This document shows positions 1 through 9,087 of a stretch of DNA of 48,315 nucleotides, piece after piece. Below the pieces are notes generated by a model, which made no database searches, had not been told where the DNA came from, and saw nothing but the letters and a program-made list of their open reading frames with translations. The stretch is from a virus. Its lineage: Duplodnaviria > Heunggongvirae > Uroviricota > Caudoviricetes. Numbering within the stretch: the stretch's first letter is position 1; each line of letters begins with the position of its first letter. The stretch is from positions 1 through 48,315 of the IMG/VR virus record IMGVR_UViG_2565956711_000009; one strand, given 5' to 3'. Position numbers and translations under genes: made by a program.

Positions 1-390
1 TCACATCACCGGGCAATCATCAAACTCTGCATTCCTGGCGTCATTGATGATGTAAGTAAGCACCCCAAATACAGCGGGTGCAGAACTGTAACCGCCATCA
101 TCTACTGGCAGCGCCTCCTTTCTCCCGTTCTCCAGATTAACGAGGTGGGGTTGAGGATGTGTCCGATATCGCTTGATCCTAAATTCTCCGTCTATCGCGC
201 AGATCAGCAGCGAGCCATCACAGGCTGAAAGTGAGGCATCAACAACAAGCAGCGCCCCCTGAATTATCCCTTCCCTGAAATGTGAACGCGATGCACGCAT
301 GAAATAAGTCGCTGCGGGCTGGCTGATTAACTGCTGATCGAGGGAGATTCGTGTTTCAACGTAATCCGTAGCCGGCGAAGGAAAGCCCAT
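1..390 (-). CDS. UmuD'-like S24-family protein (LexA/UmuD C-terminal domain only)
   Basis: 129-aa ORF MGFPSPATDYVE...AIDGEFRIKRY; recalled UmuD motifs GFPSPAADYVE and GEFTVKKL; starts at the residue equivalent to the UmuD cleavage site; stop at 1-3; ATGA overlap with upstream ORF. Confidence 0.75.
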   Translation of the reverse strand: MGFPSPATDYVETRISLDQQLISQPAATYFMRASRSHFREGIIQGALLVVDASLSACDGSLLICAIDGEFRIKRYRTHPQPHLVNLENGRKEALPVDDGGYSSAPAVFGVLTYIINDARNAEFDDCPVM

Positions 391-629
391 TAGAAAACCC
401 TCCCCATGTTACGCAGGATCCAGTATCGGTTCTCGCTTCCGTTTGTCGTCTTATCAGCGAAGTCAGGCTGGTATCGCTCTATCCATGCATTGGCGTCATA
501 CTGGCTGAAATGCCAGTTTCTATCGCGTAATTCAGCAATAAATTTATTTGTATTAAGACAAAGATAGCCCTTCGGATTCTGTTGTATGGCCGCCAAAAAA
601 GCCGCATGGATATCATATTGACGAGGCAT
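390..629 (-). CDS. Hypothetical small protein translationally coupled to the UmuD'-like gene
   Basis: ORF 390..647; likely start at MPRQYDIH (ATG 629) preceded by GAGGG; stop overlaps downstream ATG; no family recognised. Confidence 0.5.
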   Translation of the reverse strand: MPRQYDIHAAFLAAIQQNPKGYLCLNTNKFIAELRDRNWHFSQYDANAWIERYQPDFADKTTNGSENRYWILRNMGRVF

Positions 630-655
630 AAGTGTCGCCCTCACCACACCATTGA

Positions 656-671
656 CTGTATGTATATACAG
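656..671. promoter_or_regulatory. LexA (SOS) box CTGT-N8-ACAG between divergent genes
   Basis: CTGTATGTATATACAG matches LexA consensus; overlaps + strand TTGACT(652-657)/TATTTT(675-680) promoter for the DinI-like gene; sits upstream of the minus-strand UmuD'-like operon. Confidence 0.7.
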
Positions 672-714
672 TGGTATTTTTGTTAGTACAGATCAAGTAA
701 GCGAGTATGATGTG

Positions 715-981
715 ATGTTAGTTGAACTGGTTTATGACAAGCGAAATGTTGAGGGACTCGAAGGGGCCAGAGAGATCATTCTGGCCGAGCTGACGAAGCG
801 GGTGCACCAGATTTTCCCTGATGCCGAAGTGAAGGTGAAGCCGATGCAGGCAAATGGCCTAAATAGCGATGCCAGCAAAAGCGATCGGGAAAAACTGAAC
901 CGCATGCTGGAGGAAATGTTTGAAGAGTCCGATATGTGGTTGGTTTCAGAGTTCCCGACTGTTCGCCAGGTTGGCCTATAA
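715..981 (+). CDS. dinI: DinI-family DNA-damage-inducible protein
   Basis: Translation ...FPDAEVKVKPMQANGL...EEMFEESDMWLVSE resembles recalled E. coli DinI (...FPDNEGHVSV...ETWESADDWFVSE); LexA box upstream. Confidence 0.8.
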   Translation: MLVELVYDKRNVEGLEGAREIILAELTKRVHQIFPDAEVKVKPMQANGLNSDASKSDREKLNRMLEEMFEESDMWLVSEFPTVRQVGL

Positions 982-1035
982 ATCTTGTTCGGGTAATATT
1001 CCCGGCGTTTGCTCGGGCATGAACACTGAGCAATC

Positions 1036-1078
1036 AACCGCCGCTCATTCTTACACAAAATGGACGGCGGTTTTTTTT
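1036..1078 (+). terminator. Rho-independent terminator after DinI-like gene
   Basis: Imperfect stem AACCGCCGCTCATT...AATGGACGGCGGTT followed by T8. Confidence 0.6.
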
Positions 1079-2345
1079 AAGACCCCTGTTCCTGCTTTAA
1101 AGCCTCTTCCGTTTGTTTCTGTTTCTTTTTCTGATTCCAGATGCTACTCGCTGGCATTTCTACACGAACGCTGACGAACTGATCGGCCGGGATGTCAACC
1201 GGATCGCCATCAGCCAATCCATCACGCTCATTCCTGGCAAATGCTGGAGCCGAAGGATGTTCGCGGTGATAGGTTTTTACCAGCACAGAGCCGTCTGCGT
1301 TAACCTCATAGTCCAGCCATATCAGCGGTTGCTTATTCCTGTCAGTGGGAATCTCAAAACCTCCGTCGATACCGCCCCAGGCAGCGTCAGAATTGAGCGC
1401 CTGACATCCCTCAATGTAGTATTGCCCCACATCCAGACGTGTGACTCTCACCCCTTCTGATTCGTCGTTAGTTTCAACGCGGCCATCACTAAAAATTTTT
1501 ACCACAGGTGAGGCTCTTTTGATGAAACCATTGCTATCAACAAATGTATTTTTGTCATGATACATTGTCATCAATACAATATTTCCGGTCGGCTGACTGG
1601 AACTATAAGAAGCTTTTGCAACATAAACTGTGTTTGAATTCCCATAACCAATTCCTATTTCACCCCATTCAGAGTTTGTAGGACCAGGAAGGACCTGAAT
1701 AACACAACTGTCAGGAAATAAGTTGCCAGATTGATATGGCTCGTAAATACAAGACCAGGTCTTTTGCTCAGGGTTTGCAGAATCCCTACGCCCAACCTGG
1801 ACTAATTGAACATCGCCGGGATTTAAACCCGTATTTTTTAATGCTGCACCTCCTAAACCGAGGTTTGTGCGAGCGCCTGATGCGGTTGTCGAACCGGTAC
1901 CGCCCTGGTTAACAGGTACGGCCCCGCCGCTCTTGGTTGCCATATTGTCAGACAGATATTTCCATGACGGACCGCTGAAGGTAGTGCCGTCTGGCAGCTT
2001 CACTGTGATATTTCCGGCGGCGCTGTAAACCTGCTGCCAGTTCTGTTTATCGTAATTCAGTCCACGCAGCGCTTCAGCACTTTGCGCCACCAGCGCGGCA
2101 GTTACCATGTTCAGTGCAACACGAGGAACCGCTGACCAGGCAGCACCGGCCTGAGTAGGGCCGGTAAAGTTGCTGACCAGCGTAAGTTGCGCATTACTCT
2201 CAACCGATTTAACTGGCAGCGTATAATCAACACCGCCCACAGTGGAGACAATAAAGTCACCTGCGGCGAGTTCAGTTGCGAATGAGGTTCCGGAACCGCC
2301 AACAATAGCGGACCCGTTTGTCAGGGTGATGGTGCCTGCCGACAT
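1077..2345 (-). CDS. Side tail fibre protein
   Basis: 422-aa ORF; N-terminus MSAGTITLTNGSAIVGGSGTSF typical of lambdoid tail fibre N-domains; AGGAG RBS; position distal to J. Confidence 0.75.
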   Translation of the reverse strand: MSAGTITLTNGSAIVGGSGTSFATELAAGDFIVSTVGGVDYTLPVKSVESNAQLTLVSNFTGPTQAGAAWSAVPRVALNMVTAALVAQSAEALRGLNYDKQNWQQVYSAAGNITVKLPDGTTFSGPSWKYLSDNMATKSGGAVPVNQGGTGSTTASGARTNLGLGGAALKNTGLNPGDVQLVQVGRRDSANPEQKTWSCIYEPYQSGNLFPDSCVIQVLPGPTNSEWGEIGIGYGNSNTVYVAKASYSSSQPTGNIVLMTMYHDKNTFVDSNGFIKRASPVVKIFSDGRVETNDESEGVRVTRLDVGQYYIEGCQALNSDAAWGGIDGGFEIPTDRNKQPLIWLDYEVNADGSVLVKTYHREHPSAPAFARNERDGLADGDPVDIPADQFVSVRVEMPASSIWNQKKKQKQTEEALKQEQGS

Positions 2346-2370
2346 AAAATACTCCTGAATTCAGATAATA

Positions 2371-2395
2371 AAAAACCCGCCGAGGCGGGTTCTTG
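2371..2395. terminator. Bidirectional rho-independent terminator
   Basis: A5-CCCGC-cgag-GCGGG-TTCTTGTTTT; on minus strand hairpin followed by T6; downstream of lipoprotein gene. Confidence 0.7.
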
Positions 2396-2401
2396 TTTTG
2401 T

Positions 2402-2641
2402 TCATTTTTTACAGGTCGAGCTGGCGAAGTTATTTTTACTTACCCACCGCCAGTTGAAAGGATATCCAGCTTTGTATTCAATCTGATTTGCTACCTGCCT
2501 TACACCATAGACCTGAACAGTCTGTTCTTGTCCACCGACAACTATTACGGCCTCGCATACTGGATTCTGCTTCTCAAGAAGACTGGATGAGCAAGCAGAA
2601 AGAAGAATGCAAAAAAGAAACATGACTAATATTTTTTTCAT
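2402..2641 (-). CDS. Small lipoprotein; candidate Cor/Llp-like superinfection-exclusion moron
   Basis: 79-aa ORF with signal peptide and lipobox LLSAC; sits between tail fibre genes where cor-type lipoproteins occur; function assigned by position only. Confidence 0.5.
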   Translation of the reverse strand: MKKILVMFLFCILLSACSSSLLEKQNPVCEAVIVVGGQEQTVQVYGVRQVANQIEYKAGYPFNWRWVSKNNFASSTCKK

Positions 2642-2712
2642 TATTTTACCCTGAGGTAATTAGTTTTATAAAAATTAACCTGACGGGGAGATTAATGAAA
2701 ATAGATTAAACA

Positions 2713-2750
2713 GATCAATATCAAAACATTGATCGTTTTAAACGATCAAT
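2713..2750. repeat. AT-rich perfect 10-bp inverted repeat containing three GATC sites
   Basis: ATTGATCGTT-tta-AACGATCAAT (2728-2750); GATC at 2713, 2731, 2744; lies between stop of upstream tail gene and lipoprotein gene. Confidence 0.6.
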
Positions 2751-3424
2751 TAATCAAATGCAGCCGTCTTGATAGCGGTCAAAGAAATTCCTGTGTTGGT
2801 TCCTCCGCCTGGTGATCCAGTTCCGGTAGATGTACCACCTGCATTTATTCTCGTACTGCCACCATTAAACCTACACGATGAATAGGCATTTATGGTGTAG
2901 ATAGTTGGGGGCTGAGTGGAGTTATTAACGATAATCGTCTGACCAAGCTGTGCTGGAGCAACAGCCCACGACCCGGACAGTGTCTGATCAATGTTAATCC
3001 CCCCGCTTGCACCAGGACTCCCAACAGTTTGAAGATCAGAAAGCACCCTTGATTCGTTCGTCAGAACAAGCTTACCGGAGGCATCCCAGATAGCAAATCC
3101 CCACGCAGGAAGTGTTTGCGGAAATATTGCAAATACATATGCTGTAAGCGTAAAGCTCTGGTTATAGGGATTTACGCCACTAATATAGACATTTCCTCCG
3201 ATGCGATATGACATGACGGGTGTCGGCTGCGCCGTATCAGTAGTTTTGATAAAAACCATTACCGGATAATCGGCAGGCACCGAAAGATATTGTGCCACCT
3301 GTTGGGAGCTGCCATTAGCTGAGGAATTAAATGAGTATTTCCCGTAGAGACAGAAAGGCGTTGATTGCGGAGTGACGAATGGATTCCCATTATCCATTAA
3401 TATCATTGCGCCAAAATCAGACAC
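2750..3424 (-). CDS. Tail-fibre-region protein, unknown function (coupled to J operon)
   Basis: 224-aa ORF, Gly/Thr/Ser-rich C-terminus; TGATG stop-start overlap with upstream ORF. Confidence 0.55.
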   Translation of the reverse strand: MSDFGAMILMDNGNPFVTPQSTPFCLYGKYSFNSSANGSSQQVAQYLSVPADYPVMVFIKTTDTAQPTPVMSYRIGGNVYISGVNPYNQSFTLTAYVFAIFPQTLPAWGFAIWDASGKLVLTNESRVLSDLQTVGSPGASGGINIDQTLSGSWAVAPAQLGQTIIVNNSTQPPTIYTINAYSSCRFNGGSTRINAGGTSTGTGSPGGGTNTGISLTAIKTAAFD

Positions 3425-3726
3425 TATGCTTTCTCCATAAAAACGATCAGCTCACATTTCGAGGCCGGATAATTACCAAGCCCAGTGTCAGATGCGGACG
3501 TCACAGTTATTGAGTTACCTGATGCAACAATTCTGCGCCCTACGCTGTTACCTCCTTCATCAAGAGAAACAACGAAACCAACTTTAAAACCTGTGGGCAC
3601 AGTGAAACTCCAGGAACCTGAGTTCTGACCTGCTGCAAGTGGAATGCGGCCTACTACCGATACTGGTTTAATGCCATAGTTATTAGGCCTTCCACTGGCA
3701 TCCCATGTTTGTATTCCCCATGACAT
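3424..3726 (-). CDS. Small tail-associated protein, unknown function
   Basis: 100-aa ORF translationally coupled to J stop (TGATG) and to downstream ORF. Confidence 0.5.
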   Translation of the reverse strand: MSWGIQTWDASGRPNNYGIKPVSVVGRIPLAAGQNSGSWSFTVPTGFKVGFVVSLDEGGNSVGRRIVASGNSITVTSASDTGLGNYPASKCELIVFMEKA

Positions 3727-6700
3727 CAGAATACTCCTGTCAGTTTTCCAATCTGTACGCGCAGGACGCCGTTAGCATCCCTGATACTGTCAGTAACATT
3801 CGTTGTCTTTCTTGCGCCCTGCCCGTCACTGCCATAGTTTTCCCAGGTGCCACCTTTATCCAGTTTCCATCCAGATTGCCCGGCAACGTAATTGTTGGAC
3901 TGGATAAAGTTACCGATTTTGGCATTGGTGATCGTGCCATCCTGAATAAACGCTGAGCTGATAAAGACCTGTCCATTAACCACAGCGAACGGCGAATACT
4001 GAGTATCACCACTGCCACTCATCAGTACGAACTGGTTAGCGTTGAAACCTACTCGGGTAACAATCGGCTGTCCTGCCTGCGCCAGCACGGCAATCGACAT
4101 CCCGGCGTTATACATGATGCCGTTTACCCTCACGCCTGCTTTGAGGGTATAAATCGCCGAAGCGCCGGAGGCATCAACGACGGCAGTAAGTTTGTCTTCC
4201 AGTGCAGCAGTAACGTCCTCAATCTGCGCCTGTACCTGCGTTGACAGTTCTGCCATTGCCTTATCAACTTCAGCAACTGTAGTTTTAACAACAAGGATAT
4301 CGGCACGCACTTCCCCGTATTGTGCCCACTGATGCTCAGCTGTTCCGTGGTTTGCCAGCGCGTTCTGCATTGCGGCTTCAAGATTGGTATCAATATCGCT
4401 GGTCAGACGGTCGCCGTCGGCAGAGGTTAGGAAATCGTCTGCGATATCGCCAAGATAATCATCGGCGTTATCATTTGACATGCCGCGAACCCAGTCGGTC
4501 CAATCACTCTGATTACCAATGCGGTCAACCAGGCGGGCCCGGTACCAAAATTCAACACCGGCCTTTAAGCCCAGTTGGGTATAGGTGTGTTGTGGATAAG
4601 GAACTCCGGCAAGCAACAGAGGGTTATCACCGTTGCCGTTTACCGAATACTGCAACTCGGTCTGGAGCGTGTCACCTGTATCAATCGGGAAGGACCAGTC
4701 AACCTGTATACCCCAGTTGATTGCAGTGGTACGAAGTCCAATCGGTTTTGGAACTTCACCGGTGCGGCCGGTAAGATGGGTCAACGCAGAGGTGGCCCAA
4801 AGGCTGGACGCTCCCCCAGAGTTAATCGCACGGACGCGCACAAGGTAATCGCCCTCGAAAATGCCAGGCACTTCGATATTTCGCAACCCGGTTTCAGGTA
4901 CGTTTACCCACTCGTTATTTCCACGCTTCCACTGTACCCGGTAGGCTATGACGTCCGACTGCAGTTTGCCGTCTTTATCAACTGGCGCATCCCATGAGGC
5001 GGTTAGTGTGGCCACGCGCTGCCCTTGGCGAACCGCATCATAGCTCGATACCACGATGTTGGTCGGCTGGTTCACGAGCCCGGTTGGAATCAGGCTTGTC
5101 GGCGGCGTATCAAGACGTGCATTGTTATCAACGGCGTCATATTTCGACGCGTTATACTCCGCTCCAGTGATGGTGAAGGTGTTTTCCTCATCATCAAATT
5201 TTAGGTTCGTTACCCTGAAATACTGTAGGCGCAGCTGACCAGCATCAATTACGAACACGGCATTAGGTAACGGCGCCGCCGTGAACGGCGTGGACACGAT
5301 CAGCTGCGTTCCATTTACGGCCTGTATCACCCGGCTTTCAACGGTACCGCCCTGGGTGCGAATCATCAGCGTATCGCCCGCCACCGCACTGGTGCCCCGG
5401 TCAGTGGTCACGGCCTTAAGACCTGCGTTATACCCGGTGATACGCCCGCCGTAAACGCGCCCTGACAGGCGTTCATCTGCAAACGCAAATACGGTGCCCG
5501 GCACGAATACAAAGCCATCAAGTCCAGTCTGAAGCGTGATAATGCGGTCAAGGGAGTTGGAATACACCGCCCACCCGCCACGCCGCTGCGCCTCGCTCTC
5601 ACGCGTACAACCGATCGCAGTGATTTGTGTCTGCTTAAACTTAAACTGCTTCACCAGTTCCGGAAACATCACTGCCGTGGCGCGGTCCTGGTAGTGGTTA
5701 TCCGGATCGCTGAAATTAATCAGCGCGCTGGAGAATCGGTTTTTCTCACTGCCACTCGAGTACACCGGCTTACCCACCACTGATGCGCGAGTGAGAATCT
5801 GCAACTTCGTAGTGTCCGCCGGCATGTCAGAGACAACATTGAACATGTTGTTGCCCCAGAAAGTCATTCCGTTGAAGCCCGCGGCAATATCTTTAATCAC
5901 CTGCCAGGCATCAGCCTGGGACTGGATGTAAACGTCAAACATGAAGCGTGGCTCGGTACCGCTTCCGCCTTTCCCGTCGGGTACCTTCTGGTCGCAGCGC
6001 TGGGCGATGCGATAGAGCTCCCACTTATCTAGCATTTCTGGCATCACGCGGCGCCCAAGACCGAAGCGCGGCTCAGTCAGAACATCGAACCAAATCCACG
6101 CCGGGTTATTCGTCCAGCCCCATTTAAACGTGCCGTCCCATGTTCCGCTATAAGTCCGCGCTATTGGATCATAGTTCGAAGGGATTCGGATGATGCGCCC
6201 CTTCGGCATGCAGGAAATCTTAGGGATGTTGTTGAATGACTTTGCGTTAAAGGACACATACAGCAGCGCGGTGTGTGGATATCGCAGGCGAGCATCGATC
6301 ACCTCAGTAATCGCTTGCACCTGCGTTTTGTTCTGCAGCATCTGGCTGGTGCTGTCATCGGTGTCACGCACCACTCGAATTTGCCATCCAGTACTGGCTT
6401 TGGGAAGATTAATACGGTGAGTTAGTTCATAGAGCGAACTGAGCTTCTCTGTGACGGTTTTAGTCATGACTGTCGAGTAAGCGCCACCGTCCACCGCCAG
6501 ATCAATATGGTACTGAACCGTAGTGCCGACGATATCCCCATCGTTTTCCTGCTGCTGTAACCCAGGGATGCCAATACGAACCAGCACCGCGTCAATCTGG
6601 GTGTTACTCAGTGCGCGGGTCCATGGTGTGGCCTTTGTCAGCGATACGCCAACCGTAGTTTCATTCTCGACTGCAGGGAATCCCGGTATTGGTGTCTGGG

Positions 6701-6935
6701 TCTGTGTGCCAGGCCGGAAATCCCATGACACATTTTCAAAATTCATCGTTCCGTCGGGGTTTCCCAACGGCGTACCGTCCAGGAATATCCGGGTCGCATC
6801 CAGGCCACCAGCAAACTCCCCCTCCCCGAGCGCCAGCAGCATGCGGCAGCGCGCCATTGACTGAGCCGAATCGGGCTGTTCTACAGGTGTGTGCTGCTTC
6901 TGGCTGCCACCCTTTGCACCAGTGATCGCTTCCAT
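3726..6935 (-). CDS. J: Host specificity protein J (central tail fibre / tail tip)
   Basis: About 1069 aa; recalled lambda gpJ similarity (e.g. IPSNYDP..YSGTWDGTFK); start taken at ATG MEAITG, the TTG upstream falls inside a terminator hairpin. Confidence 0.9.
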   Translation of the reverse strand: MEAITGAKGGSQKQHTPVEQPDSAQSMARCRMLLALGEGEFAGGLDATRIFLDGTPLGNPDGTMNFENVSWDFRPGTQTQTPIPGFPAVENETTVGVSLTKATPWTRALSNTQIDAVLVRIGIPGLQQQENDGDIVGTTVQYHIDLAVDGGAYSTVMTKTVTEKLSSLYELTHRINLPKASTGWQIRVVRDTDDSTSQMLQNKTQVQAITEVIDARLRYPHTALLYVSFNAKSFNNIPKISCMPKGRIIRIPSNYDPIARTYSGTWDGTFKWGWTNNPAWIWFDVLTEPRFGLGRRVMPEMLDKWELYRIAQRCDQKVPDGKGGSGTEPRFMFDVYIQSQADAWQVIKDIAAGFNGMTFWGNNMFNVVSDMPADTTKLQILTRASVVGKPVYSSGSEKNRFSSALINFSDPDNHYQDRATAVMFPELVKQFKFKQTQITAIGCTRESEAQRRGGWAVYSNSLDRIITLQTGLDGFVFVPGTVFAFADERLSGRVYGGRITGYNAGLKAVTTDRGTSAVAGDTLMIRTQGGTVESRVIQAVNGTQLIVSTPFTAAPLPNAVFVIDAGQLRLQYFRVTNLKFDDEENTFTITGAEYNASKYDAVDNNARLDTPPTSLIPTGLVNQPTNIVVSSYDAVRQGQRVATLTASWDAPVDKDGKLQSDVIAYRVQWKRGNNEWVNVPETGLRNIEVPGIFEGDYLVRVRAINSGGASSLWATSALTHLTGRTGEVPKPIGLRTTAINWGIQVDWSFPIDTGDTLQTELQYSVNGNGDNPLLLAGVPYPQHTYTQLGLKAGVEFWYRARLVDRIGNQSDWTDWVRGMSNDNADDYLGDIADDFLTSADGDRLTSDIDTNLEAAMQNALANHGTAEHQWAQYGEVRADILVVKTTVAEVDKAMAELSTQVQAQIEDVTAALEDKLTAVVDASGASAIYTLKAGVRVNGIMYNAGMSIAVLAQAGQPIVTRVGFNANQFVLMSGSGDTQYSPFAVVNGQVFISSAFIQDGTITNAKIGNFIQSNNYVAGQSGWKLDKGGTWENYGSDGQGARKTTNVTDSIRDANGVLRVQIGKLTGVF

Positions 6936-6946
6936 ATTACATCCAT

Positions 6947-6970
6947 AAAAAAAAGCACCCAATTGGGTGC
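6947..6970. terminator. Perfect palindromic hairpin with T8 between I and J
   Basis: GCACCCAATTGGGTGC followed on minus strand by TTTTTTTT immediately before J start. Confidence 0.6.
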
Positions 6971-6991
6971 TTGATATTCAGAAAGGAGTTT

Positions 6992-7585
6992 TCAGATGTC
7001 TTCTGCGACTATGCCGGCACTGATGATGGCGCCGCCAACCTCGCGTTCACCATAAAGAAGCGCGACCGGGTTACCCATCGCAAGGGTATTCACCGAGCCA
7101 CCGAAGGCATATGAGGGTTCATTGTCAGGATCGTCTCGCCCCTGTAGTCCTTTGGGCTGGGGCGAAAGCATCTGGTAAATTCCACCAGCCATCATTCCGA
7201 TACCAGCGGAGACCATTCCCGCGCCAATGACACCTGCTGAACCGAACGTCATGCCCGTGACGACGATGCCCGCCACAACCATGACAGCACCCAATATCGT
7301 CTGGAACAAACCAGCTTTTTTTGCCCCTTCCATCACTGGTGCTATGCGAATATCGGTGCTTCCGGCCAGGTTCTTAAAATCATCCGCGCCAATGTTGCGC
7401 CTGCCGCGAAACACCGCGAACGTCATGCCATTCTTTTTGGCGTTCAGAAGATAGCTTTCCAGCCCGTCCAGGTTGATGCAAAGCGCCTTTACCGCCTCAG
7501 CTGATGTCTGCACCGCCAGCCTGTGAACACGGCCAAACCGGGCTCCCAGCACACCGTACAATCGAATCGTGGTTAAACGCGCCAT
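6992..7585 (-). CDS. I: Tail assembly protein I
   Basis: 197-aa ORF with Gly/Ala-rich hydrophobic C-terminal segment; position between K and J. Confidence 0.8.
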   Translation of the reverse strand: MARLTTIRLYGVLGARFGRVHRLAVQTSAEAVKALCINLDGLESYLLNAKKNGMTFAVFRGRRNIGADDFKNLAGSTDIRIAPVMEGAKKAGLFQTILGAVMVVAGIVVTGMTFGSAGVIGAGMVSAGIGMMAGGIYQMLSPQPKGLQGRDDPDNEPSYAFGGSVNTLAMGNPVALLYGEREVGGAIISAGIVAEDI

Positions 7586-8304
7586 GGCTGAATCTCCTGC
7601 GGTAGCTCTTTGTGACGGACGCAGATCATCGTCCTGTCTTTGAAATAACCGCGCGCATACGGCGTGATGCAGGACGGCTGCCCGTACAGATGGTGAAGCA
7701 GCTCACCTTCCTCGGTAATGATCCCCGCGTGGTTCCACTTACTGGATTCAACCTGCATGATGACCATACAGCCTGGTGACGGGTCGCATTCGACAAACCC
7801 TTCCCGCTCCCAGTTGTCGAAATACAGGTTGTCCGGGTACTGGCTTTCCCACCATGGGTAATCGACGCGGAAATCGTTAAGCTTCACGCCTTGGGTGGCA
7901 TGCCAATCCATTACCAGTCCCCAGCAGTCATTTGAGCCCAGGATAAACGGACGCCCGATAAGGGGTACCGCCTCCGGCATTATCTCAGCGTATTCGTCGC
8001 TATCCGGCGCGTAAATACCCCAGACCACGCCGGAGTTGTTGCATTGCTGGCGATCCAGATCGGATGGAATCGGCCTTGCTCCATCGCCAGGATGGGAATG
8101 GATGACGCGCACAATCGTCCCGATATCTTCGGCGTTCGCCCAATGCTCGCCATCGATGCGGAAATGCTCTGTTGGATTTTCGTGAGTGTTTGGTACAGGA
8201 ATATAGCGCTGGCGACGGCCAGACTGAATAACGAATCCGCAGCTCTCGCGCGGGGATTCATCCAGTGCATGCGCCCGGATAGCTGCCATTATGGTTTTAT
8301 TCAT
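7573..8304 (-). CDS. K: Tail assembly protein K (JAB/MPN + NlpC/P60)
   Basis: HSHPGDGARPIPSDLD (JAMM-like motif) and Cys/His NlpC/P60-like segment GSNDCWGLV. Confidence 0.8.
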   Translation of the reverse strand: MNKTIMAAIRAHALDESPRESCGFVIQSGRRQRYIPVPNTHENPTEHFRIDGEHWANAEDIGTIVRVIHSHPGDGARPIPSDLDRQQCNNSGVVWGIYAPDSDEYAEIMPEAVPLIGRPFILGSNDCWGLVMDWHATQGVKLNDFRVDYPWWESQYPDNLYFDNWEREGFVECDPSPGCMVIMQVESSKWNHAGIITEEGELLHHLYGQPSCITPYARGYFKDRTMICVRHKELPQEIQPWRV

Positions 8305-8316
8305 TGGTACGTCCGG

Positions 8317-9087
8317 TTATCTGGAAAAAAGCACGGTGGCTGGATAGCCCCCAAAATCAAGGGTCGCGGTATTAGGCTCTGCCAGCCCGGCACCAAACCG
8401 CTTACGGCAGTCACTCAGGCAGCCGCCGCACACATCCAGCGCCGGGTCAGCGACAGGATTACCCTTCGCATCAAAATACGCCGTGCCGTTGTAGGTGCAT
8501 CCATCGCCGCTCCGGTACTGCCCGCGTAGCGCCCATTCGCAGAGCGAGGTGATTTGTCTGGTTGGGATAACAAGCCCCTGCAAGTCTGCGGGGCTACTGA
8601 GTGACCAGGTAACTACCTCGTCGTCTTCGGAGGTTTTGGTGTCAAGCCAGAAGGTCTGAAGTGTGAACATTGACGAATCAGCTGTAGGGTTTGCGCCACC
8701 AGGGTAATTCACAGCATCGAGATAGACCGCATAGGTATCGATAATGCTCACCCTGGCGTTAACCATGTCCTTAAATTGGAGGCACAGCGCCGTGATATGA
8801 CCGTCGAGGTTTGAGACGCTGAGAGACGGCTCCGCCGCCTGGTCTGTTGAAAGCTCCAGGCCTGCTACCTGAAACGGCCAAAAATCGTAGGTATTGCCAC
8901 CGAATACGATTGGCTTTGGTCCGAGCTTTTCTTCATCACCATTGGCAGCGTCGATCTCTTCCGGTGTATGGGGGAAAGGTGCGTAGTGGAAACGGTGAAT
9001 ACCGCCACTGAACTCTGAGGCGTCAACTTCAACCAGGCGTACTCTGCCACCCGGTGCCAGCATCGCCGCCTGATCGACTAATGCCAT
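8317..9087 (-). CDS. L: Minor tail protein L
   Basis: 256 aa; C-terminal Cys cluster CGGCLSDC; synteny M-L-K-I-J. Confidence 0.8.
   Translation of the reverse strand: MALVDQAAMLAPGGRVRLVEVDASEFSGGIHRFHYAPFPHTPEEIDAANGDEEKLGPKPIVFGGNTYDFWPFQVAGLELSTDQAAEPSLSVSNLDGHITALCLQFKDMVNARVSIIDTYAVYLDAVNYPGGANPTADSSMFTLQTFWLDTKTSEDDEVVTWSLSSPADLQGLVIPTRQITSLCEWALRGQYRSGDGCTYNGTAYFDAKGNPVADPALDVCGGCLSDCRKRFGAGLAEPNTATLDFGGYPATVLFSR

Noticed and set aside
1-390. Possible loss of the catalytic serine in the UmuD'-like protein (GDSM replaced by RSHF)
   Set aside because: With a one-residue gap, a Ser aligns with the UmuD catalytic Ser and the Lys in GEFRIKRY aligns with the catalytic Lys, so there is no sequence basis for calling it inactive.
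6936-6962. Track start of J at 6962 (TTG) giving MGAFFYGCNM
   Set aside because: That codon falls inside the 3' arm and T-tract of the I-J terminator hairpin; the in-frame ATG at 6935 (MEAITG) is the more plausible start.
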